Shown piece by piece: positions 54,640 to 64,000 of a stretch of DNA of 64,000 nucleotides. The first letter of the stretch is position 1. Every line of letters begins with the position of its first letter. The DNA is taken from contig OZ024743.1 of the NCBI GenBank assembly GCA_964016885.1, forward strand, positions 305,970,001-306,034,000. Direction: 5' to 3'. The stretch is from Eledone cirrhosa. Taxonomy: Eukaryota. Made by a program: the position numbers and the translations under genes. The notes beneath the pieces were generated by a model. It was given only the letters and a program-made list of their open reading frames with translations. It was not told the DNA's origin and made no database searches.

Positions 54640-55217
54640 TAGCCATCCCAAAATATGAGAAATCAGTTAAAACATCTGATAGACTCAAGATTTGCAAAGA
54701 CATGTGTTGTCATTTATACCTGACAATATCGTTCATAGCATTTGTGTAGGCTATCAGCAACCGTACCAGCCAAAAGCTGCCTTAAATCCAGGAAAAGTTT
54801 CCTAAAGAGCTTCACACTCCTTGGAATATCAAGCATAAGTGGGGAAAGAGTCACTCACTGGGAAGAAAAACTTAACAACCTCCCATCAGTAACAACAATA
54901 GAGCTAAAGGCAAGTGAGGCTCAGACCCCTGGAACAGATACAAACTATGCAGTGTAGAAATGCCTAAATCGACTAAGATCTGGTGTTGGACGTGCAAAAG
55001 TCACTTGCAAAATCGTAATATTAAAAGGATGGGGACGTTGTGTGTGACTGCGGCATCAAACCACAGACTATGCAGCACCTCCTGATGTGCTGGAATACCC
55101 CTGCACAACATTGAACTTGGCAGAGTTTAATGAGAAAGGACAGCAATGTGTCCAGCTGTGGTGGAACCACATCAAGCCAAACTTTATAACTAACACTTTT
55201 GTGGACACAAGAAGAAG
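54640..55217 (+). mobile_element. 3' fragment of a non-LTR retrotransposon (RTE-X/Ingi-like)
   Basis: LKSRKSFL, LNRLRSGVGRAK, CDCGIKPQTMQHLLMC zinc knuckle; ends ggacacaagaagaag. Confidence 0.65.
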
Positions 55218-55479
55218 CAGCCCTACCAGTAATTTCCTTTTTCCTGGACCTGCCTCCTACATAGCCTAGTGTCAGTCCTTTTGATGCTACATGAAGAGAA
55301 AAACTATTATGCCTGTTATATTTTTCACAAAAATTGAAATGAGAACAGAAAAAGATGATTAAGTGAATATATATTGAAAAACTGAGCCCCCAAAAAATAC
55401 AAAAATATCCTCTATGTTTATATACAGTCAAGACTTCAGAATGTTCTGGAAAAGGCATGTGTGTCATACTCTGATTGCA

Positions 55480-57570
55480 CAATAGTAGATTTGTTGAAAT
55501 GTATGTCAAATATTCACAAATCTGCCTCCTCCAAGTGGATTATTTTACATTCGTAAAAATGCCTTGATAATTTGAAGGTCATGATTTTGATTCTTGCCTG
55601 TGGATCTTCCTAATACCCCCACCTAAAAGTCCTTGGTCATATGGTCGGAGATAAGGGTTTACCTTCAGAGGCAATACTAGTTTTCTTTGGTGTGTAGAAT
55701 GTCAAAGTGTTTGGTTTGATATTTGACTATTGTTTTCACAGGTAGATTAAAGTTATCTAAAATGATTTCAAGTGTTAGCTGTGATTCATGCTGAGATTGA
55801 TGTAAAAGTTCGTTTTTGTAACACATCTGGTTAATATATCTAGTCCAGCTGTTTTATCGAACTTGGATGTCATAAATCACTTTTGCCCATTTGCGTAAAA
55901 CCACTCCCGTTGACCATCTTATTGGTTTACGATGGTTACAGAAAAGTATGGTATCACCTGATTGCTGTAATTCTTGTGAACTTTGAACCACCAAAATTTG
56001 TAAATATGCCTCGGCTAAATCATGTTTTGCAAAATTCTTTCCACCATTTAGTTTCGCAAATAAGTCATCTGAAAAAGGGAATGAATACAGAGGATCTTCA
56101 AGTGCTTTGTTTGGTCCTGAAAAATCAGTACAACCTATTAAGTTCTTTGGTCACTACAATTGGTGCTTTCCAAGTGGAATAAGTCAGTGAGGTCAAATTC
56201 CACTCTGTTGTGGACAGGTGAGTCTTTCTCTACCAAAGTCTGGGCTACATGTAGCACAGGACACTTTAGACAAAAAAACTGGACATGTTTCTCGGCATTC
56301 ATTAGGGTAGCTTCAAATTTGATACATAACCCCAATCCATCTGCAAACACTGAGGAATATTTTTTAGCTAATTTTAACAGCATATTTGTTTCTAATGAAG
56401 ATAGTATCTGCATATGGTTACAAATTTCGTTCATTTGTTGGTCCAGCATGTACAAATGTTCAAGCCAATCCAGGCCAAGAAGATCCAAATTTATATTGTC
56501 CATCACATAACAAATATCATTCATGTTTGTCTCTTTCAACTTGACGTTGGAGTTAATTTGACCACAAATATTTAGTCACTTTCCAGATATAATTTGTGTA
56601 GTTTTAGTTATGGCTACAATTTTAGGTCAACCATTATACCGCCAAGTTTGTCTTGAAATTAGAGTAATGTCAGAAGCCATGTCTAACTGAAGGTGGACCC
56701 GTTTACTGTTAACGAGTAACTAGACATGCCTTCGTTTTGGTGGTGCATCAACTGGGTATGCAGTCGATGTGAATTGTGTACGAATTTGATGTTTGTGTCT
56801 TCCACTTGACATCTGTTTTTCTATTCAACAATAGATAGTGACTCAACACTAATTTTCAAGATGACACAACAATTGTGACATCTGTAATTTCTAATTTTGC
56901 AAAATTGTGCATAATGCCAATTGTCACAATGCCAGCGTACTGTCAGGCATCTTTCATTATGCCCAATGAGTTTTTTTATTGACCTTGCCAAGTTAAGGAA
57001 AAATGGCTTGAGCTAATGTTAGCTGACCTTTTTCTACCCTTGCTATATCATGCTTTAAATTCACCAACTGCTGGGATTTGTTAGTCAGGTCTTGTAATGT
57101 CATGTCTGGTGACTGTTCCAAACAATTAATAATGCATATTCTCAAATCAGCATCTTCTGATGCCTGTAACTCGCAAACAAACAACAAATATTTAAATTGG
57201 TCATATCTCATCTGCCGCAGCTGAAAATGTTCAAACTTGCAGTTCACAACAACTGCATATGGGACCAAGTCTTCTGTGGACTTTTTTGTAAGCTTGAGAC
57301 AATGGTATCTAGCATTGAAAACTGATGTCTGCTCTCTGAATACTTGTGTCAGCGTGTCAGCAACTTGGTTGTTTCTGCAAATGAAACATCTCGAGGTTGT
57401 TTGGGCAGGATGGAGTTGCAAAAACGAGAACAGGCTATGGTTCCCCAATTTTCTCAACAATAAGCATAATTTGGGGGCATCATCAACCTTTGCCAGATTT
57501 ACATTGATGGTGTCCTCCCAACTCTTAAACCAGCGCTTGAAATTAAACATCAACAGGATCAAACTGAAAT
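55480..57570 (-). pseudogene. Decayed Ty3/Gypsy gag-pol remnant
   Basis: Gag-like WFKSWED..LLLRKLG..RYHCLKL, protease-like LQLDMASDITLIS at about 56660-56700, LLGLDW and YSSVFADGLG; no intact RT seen. Confidence 0.75.
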
Positions 57571-57599
57571 TCAGCTATTACTGATACTCCTTTTACTGC

Positions 57600-57688
57600 A
57601 GAACACATCTTACAACACAGTCCAGGAATCAAACCCACAACAATATGATTATAAGTCCAACACCCCTACCACTAGGCCATGTGTCTCA
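57600..57688 (-). mobile_element. tRNA-derived SINE head (second family)
   Basis: Minus strand TGGCCTAGTGG (A box) and GGTTTGATTCC (B box). Confidence 0.6.
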
Positions 57689-57839
57689 ATAAAATATTAG
57701 CAAAAAAGAAATTCCGTAAAGTGGTTGGTTGTCCATGTATTTGATAAGGGTTGGATGAATGAAAACAGTTTGAAAATATGACTGAAACACAAGAGGCAGA
57801 TCAAAGAAGGTTACCAATAATTAAAGGTGGATAAGGGTA

Positions 57840-60800
57840 CTGTCAGAATGTATAGTATATCAACTAGCTTACAATTCATATTAAGTGTAGCTGATGTTAC
57901 TGTTTTAATGTATGGTAGATCTACTATCTTAATATTGTTGTTAAGAGTAGCTGATGGTAGTGTGAGAATGTAAGGTAGATCTACCACCTTACTATTGGTA
58001 TTAAAGGTAGCTGATGGTAGTGTGATATGTATGGTAGATCTACCACCTTACCATTGGTATTAAGGTTAGCTGATGGTAATGTGATAATGTAAGGTAGATC
58101 TACCACCTTACCATTGGTATTAAGGTTAGCTGATGGTAGTGTGATATGTATGGTAGATCTACCACCTTACCATTGGTATTAAAGGTAGCTGATGGTAATG
58201 TGAGAATGTATGGTAGATCTACCTCCTTACAATTGGTATTAAAGGTAGCTGATGGTAGTGTGAGAATGTATGGTAGATCTCCCACCTTACTATTGGTATT
58301 AAGGGTAGCTGATGGTAGTGTGATATGTATGGTATATCTACCACCTTACCATTGGTATTAAAGGTAGCTGATGGTATTGTGAGAATATATGGTAGATCTA
58401 CCACCTTACCATTGGTATTAAAGATAGCTGATGGTAATGTGAGAATGTATGGTAGATCTCCCACCTTACCATTGGTATTAAGGGTAGCTGGTGGTAGTGT
58501 GATATGTATTGTAGATCTACCACCTTACCAATGGTATTAAGATTAGCTGATGGTAATGTGAGAATGTATGGTAGATATGCCACCTTACCATTGGTATTCA
58601 GGTTAGCTGATGGTAGTGTGATATGTATGGTAGATCTACCACCTTACCATTGGTATTAAGGTTAGCTGATGGTAATGTGAGAATGTATGGTAGATATGCC
58701 ACCTTAACATTGGTATTCAGGTTAGCTGATGGTAGTGTGATATGTATGGTAGATCTACAACCTTATCATTGGTATTAAGATTAGCTGAGGGTAATGTGAG
58801 AATGTATGGTAGATCTACCACCTTACCATTGGTATTAAAGGTAGCTGATGGTAGTGTGATATGTATGGTAGATCTACACATTTACCATTGGTATTAAGAA
58901 TAGCTGATGGTAATGTGAGAATGTATGGTAGATATGCCACCTTACCATTGGTATTAAGGGTAGCTGATGGTAGTGTGATATGTATGGTAGATCTACCACC
59001 TTATCATTGGTATTGAGGTTAGCTGATGGTAATGTGAGAATGTATGGTAGATCTCCCACCTTACCATTGGTATTAAGGGTAGCTGATGGTAATGTGCGAA
59101 TGTATGGTAGATCTCCCACCTTACCATTGGTATTAAAGGTAGCTGATGGTAGTGTGAGAATGTATGGTAGATCTCCCACCTTACCATTGATATTAAGGTT
59201 AGCTAATGGTAGTGTGATATGTATGGAAGATCTCCCACCTTACCATTGGTATTAAGGGTAGCTGATAGTAATGTGATATGTATGGTAGATCTACCACCTT
59301 ACCATTGGTATTAAGGGTAGCTGATGGTAATGTGAGAATGTATGGTAGATCTACCACCTTACCATTGGTATTAAAGGTAGCTGATGGTAGTGTGAGAATT
59401 TATGGTAGATCTACCACCTTACCATTGGTATTAAGGTTAGCTAATGGTAATGTGAGAATGTATGGTAGATCTCTCACCTTACCATTAGTATTAAGGGTAG
59501 CTGATGGTATTGTCATATGTATGGTAGATATACCACCATACCATTGGTATTAAGGTTAGCTGAGGGTAATAGGAGAATGTATGGTAGATCTCCCACCTTA
59601 CCATTGGTATTAAGGGTAGCTGATGGTAATGTGAGAATATATGGTAGATCTACCACCTTACCATTGGTATTAAAGGTAGCTGATGGTAATGTGAGAATGT
59701 ATGGTAGATCTACCACCTTACTATTGGTATTAAGGGTAGCTGATGTTAGTGTGATATGTATGGTATATCTACCACCTTACCAATGGTATTAAGATTAGCT
59801 GATGGTAATGTGAGAATGTATGGTAGATATGCCACCTTACCATTGGTATTCAGGTTAGCTGATGGTAGTGTGATATGTATGGTAGATCTACCACCTTACC
59901 ATTGGTATTAAGGTTAGATGATGGTAATGTGAGAATGTATGGTAGATCTACCACCTTACCATTGGTATTAAAGGTAGCTGATGGTAGTGTGATATGCATG
60001 GTAGATCTACCACCTTACCATTGGTATTAAAATTAGCTGATGGTAATATGAGAATGAATGGTAGATATGCCACCTTACCATTGGAATTGAGGTTAGCTGA
60101 GGGTAATGTGAGAATGTATGGTAGATCTCCCAACTTATCATTGGTATTAAGGGTAGCTGATGGTAGTGTGATAATTATGGTAGATCTACCAACTTATCAT
60201 TGGTATTAAGGTTAGCTGATGGTAATGTGAGAATGTATGGTAGATCTCCCACCTTATCATTGGTATTAAGGTTAGCTGATGGTAATGTGAGAATGTATGG
60301 TAGATCTACCACCTTACCATTGGTATTAAAGGTAGCGGATGGTAGTGTGATATGTATGGTAGATCTACCAACTTACCATTGGTATTAAGATTAGCTGATG
60401 GTAATGTGAGAATGTATGGTAGATATGCCACCTTACCATTGGTATTAAGGGTAGTTGATGGTAGTGTGATAATTATGGTAGATCTACCAACTTATCATTG
60501 GTATTAAGGTTAGCTGATGGTAATGTGAGAATGTATGGTAGATCTCCCACCTTATCATTGGTATTAAGGTTAGCTGATGGTAATGTGAGAATGTATGGTA
60601 GATCTACCACCTTATCATTGGTATTAAGGTTAGCTGATGGTAATGTGAGAATGTATGGTAGATCTACCACCTTATCATTGGTATTAAGGTTAGCTGATGG
60701 TAATGTGAGAATGTATGGTAGATCTCCCACCTTACCATTGGTATTAAGGGTAGTTGATGCTAGTGTGATATGTACGGTAGATCTACCACCTTACCATTGG

Positions 60801-63800
60801 TATTAAGGGTAGCTGATGGTAATGTGAGAATGTATGGTAGATCTCCCACCTTACCATTGGTATTAAGGGTAGTTGATGGTAGTGTGATATGTATGGTAGA
60901 TCTACCACCTTACCAATGGTATTAAGATTAGCTGATGGTAATGTGAGAATGTATGGTAGATATGCCACCTTACCATTGGTATTCAGGTTAGCTGATGGTA
61001 GTGTGATATGTATGGTATATCTACCACCTTACCAGTGGTATTAAGGGTAGCTGATGGTAATGTGAGAATGTATGGTAGATCTACCACCTTACCATTGGTA
61101 TTAAAGGTAGCTGATGGTAGTGTGATATGTATGGTAGATCTACCAACTTACCATTGGTATTAAGGTTAGATGATGGTAATGTGAGAATGTATGGTAGCTC
61201 TACCACCTTACCATTGGTATTAAAGGTAGCTGATGGTAGTGTGATATGCATGGTAGATCTACCACCTTACCATTGGTATTAAAATTAGCTGATGGTAATG
61301 TGAGAATGTATGGTAGATATGCCACCTTACCATTGGAATTCAGGTTAGCTGATGGTAATGTGAGAATGTATGGTAGATCTCCCACCTTACCATTGGTATT
61401 AAGGGTAGCTGATGGTAATGTGAGAATGTATGGTAGATCTACCACCTTACCATTGTTATTAAGGTTAGCTGATGGTAGTGTGATAGGTATAGTAGATCTA
61501 CCACCTTACCATTGGTATTAAGATTATCTGATGGTAATGTCATAATGTATGGTAGATATGCCACCTTACCATTGGTATTAAGGGTAGTTGATGGTAGTGT
61601 GATAATTATGGTAGATCTACCAACTTATCATTGGTATTAAGGTTAGCTGATGGTAATGTGAGAATGTATGGTAGATCTCCCACCTTATCATTGGTATTAA
61701 GGTTAGCTGATGGTAATGTGAGAATGTATGGTAGATCTCCCACCTTATCATTGGTATTAAGGTTAGCTGATGGTAATGTGAGAATGTATGGTAGATCTAC
61801 CACCTTATCATTGGTATTAAGGTTAGCTGATGGTAATGTGAGAAAGTATGGTAGATCTCCCACCTTACCATTGGTATTAAGGGTAGTTGGTGCTAGTGTG
61901 ATATGCATGGTAGATATGCCACCTTACCATTGGTATTAAGGGTAGCTGATGGTAATGTGAGAATGTATGGTAGATCTCCCAACTTACCATTGGTATTAAG
62001 AGTAGTTGATGGTAGTGTGATATGTATGGTAGATCTACCACCTTACCATTGGTATTAAGGGTAGCTAATGGTAAAGTGAGAATGTATGGTAGATCTCCCA
62101 CCTTACCATTGGTATTAAGGGTAGTTGATGGTAGTGTGATATGTATGGAAGATATGCCACCTTACCATTGGTATTAAGGGTAGCTGATGGTAATGTGACA
62201 ATGTATGGTAGATATGCCACCTTACCCTTGGTATTAAGGGTAGCTGATGGTAGTGTGATATGTATGGTAGATCTACCCCCTTATCATTGGTATTGAGGTT
62301 AGCTGATGGTAATGTGAGAATGTATGGTAGATCTCCCACCTTACCATTTGTATTAAGGGTAGCTGATGGTAATGTGAGAATGTATGGTAGATCTCCCACC
62401 TTACCATTGGTATTAAAGGTATCTGATGGTAGTGTGAGAATGTGTGGTAGATCTCCCATCTTACCATTGATATTAAGGTTAGCTAATTGTAGTGTGATAT
62501 GTATGGAAGATCTCCCACCTTACCATTGGTATTAAGGGTAGCTGATGGTAATGTGATATGTATGGTACATCTCCTAACTTACCATTGGTATTAGGGGTAG
62601 CTAATGGTATTGTGAGAATGTATGGTAGATCTACCACCTTACCATTGGTATTAAAGGTAGCTGATGGTAATGTATGGTAGATCTACCACCTTACCATTGG
62701 TATTAAAGGTAGCTGATGGTATTGTGAGAATATATGGTAGATCTACCACCTTACCATTGGTATTAAAGATAGCTGATGGTAATGTGAGAATGTATGGTAG
62801 ATCTCCCAGCTTACCATTGGTATTAAGGGTAGCTGGTGGTAGTGTGATATGTATTGTAGATCTACCACCTTACCAATGGTATTAAGATTAGCTGATGGTA
62901 ATGTGAGAATGTATGGTAGATATGCCACCTTACCATTGCTATTCAGGTTAGCTGATGGTAGTGTGATATGTATGGTAGTTCTACCACCTTACCATTGCTA
63001 TTAAGGGTAGCTGATGGTAATGTGAGAATGTATGGTAGATCTACAACCTTACCATTGGTATTAAAGGTAGCTGATGGTAGTGTGATATGTATGGTAGATC
63101 TACCACCTTATCATTGGTATTAAGATTAGCTGATGGTAATGTGAGAATGTATGGTAGATCTACCACCTTGCCATTTGTATTAAAGGTAGCTGATGTTAGT
63201 GTGATATGTATGGTAGATCTACCAACTTACCATTGGTATTAAACGTAGCTGATGGTAGTGTGATATGCGTGGTAGATATACCACCTTACCATTGGTATTA
63301 AAATTAGCTGATGGTGATGTGAGAATGTATGGTAGATATGCCACCTTACCATTGGAATTCAGGTTCGCTGATGGTAATGTGAGAATGTATGGTAGATCTA
63401 CCACCTTACCATTGGTATTAAAGGTAGCTGATGGTAGTGTGATATGTATGGTAGATCTACCAACTTACCATTGGTATTAAGGTTAGCTGATGGTAATGTG
63501 AGAATGTAAGGTAGATCTACCACCTTATCATTGGTATTAAGGTTAGCTGATGGTAATGTGAGAATGTATGGTAGATCTACCACCTTATCATTGGTATTAA
63601 GGTTAGCTGATGGTAATGTGAGAATGTATGGTAGATCTCCCAACTTACCATTTGTATTAAGGGTAGTTGATGCTAGTGTGATATGTATGGTAGATCTACC
63701 ACCTTACCATTGGTATTAAGGGTAGCTGATGGTAATGTGAGAATGTATGGTAGATCTCCCACCTTACCATTGGTATTAAGGGTAGTTGATGGTAGTGTGA

Positions 63801-64000
63801 TATGTATGGTAGATCTACCACCTTACCAATGGTATTAAGATTAGCTGATGGTAATGTGAGAATGTATGGTAGATATGCCACCTTACCATTGGTATTCAGG
63901 TTAGCTGATGGTAGTGTGATATGTATGGTAGCTCTACCACCTTACCATTGGTATTAAGGGTAGCTGATGGTAATGTGAGAATGTATGGTAGATCTAACAC
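57840..64000. repeat. 59/60-bp tandem satellite, runs off the window end
   Basis: Consensus gtatggtagatctaccaccttaccattggtattaagggtagctgatggtaatgtgagaat, with 59-bp agtgtgatat variants; degenerate left edge. Confidence 0.97.

Noticed and set aside
58100-63881. Many ORFs with 20-aa repeats (GDLPYILTLPSA.., MYGRSTTLPLVL..)
   Set aside because: By-products of a 60-bp satellite, broken by 59-bp units in every frame.
57840-64000. Satellite as a CRISPR array or HHR repeat (CTGATGG resembles CTGATGA)
   Set aside because: No unique spacers and a eukaryotic context; no GAAA or stem arrangement compatible with a hammerhead.

Overview
AT-rich animal genomic DNA with no recognisable host gene. The tRNA-SINE family and repeat landscape resemble a cephalopod such as Octopus (inference only). 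From 1 to about 54.6 kb the window is a nested pile of Penelope-like retroelements (PLEs; RT plus C-terminal GIY-YIG endonuclease). Most are of the YRDD / CxC-x5-CPL type (Hydra-clade-like), with one Nematis/Neptune-like and one Neptune-like copy. They sit in (TA)n tracts that carry a strand-polarised TAATG interruption. Almost every PLE pseudo-LTR (pLTR) ends in a type I hammerhead ribozyme (HHR) motif. More than 25 intact or decayed motifs can be read by eye, including U3:A8 core covariants, a conserved CAGAAGA core and HHRs with 85-90 nt stem II expansions. The standout feature is a non-coding array of apparently identical 310-bp units (46998-48788). Each unit carries a minimal HHR, folds extensively on itself, and the array has an internal inversion: a candidate non-LTR retrozyme (circular RNA) mobilised by the PLEs. 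Also present are an RTE LINE, tRNA-SINEs, a non-autonomous Helitron, a decayed Gypsy, a 1.7-kb palindrome and a 59/60-bp satellite (57.84-64 kb). Most short ORFs in the track are microsatellite or satellite artefacts. All coordinates and folds were read by eye.
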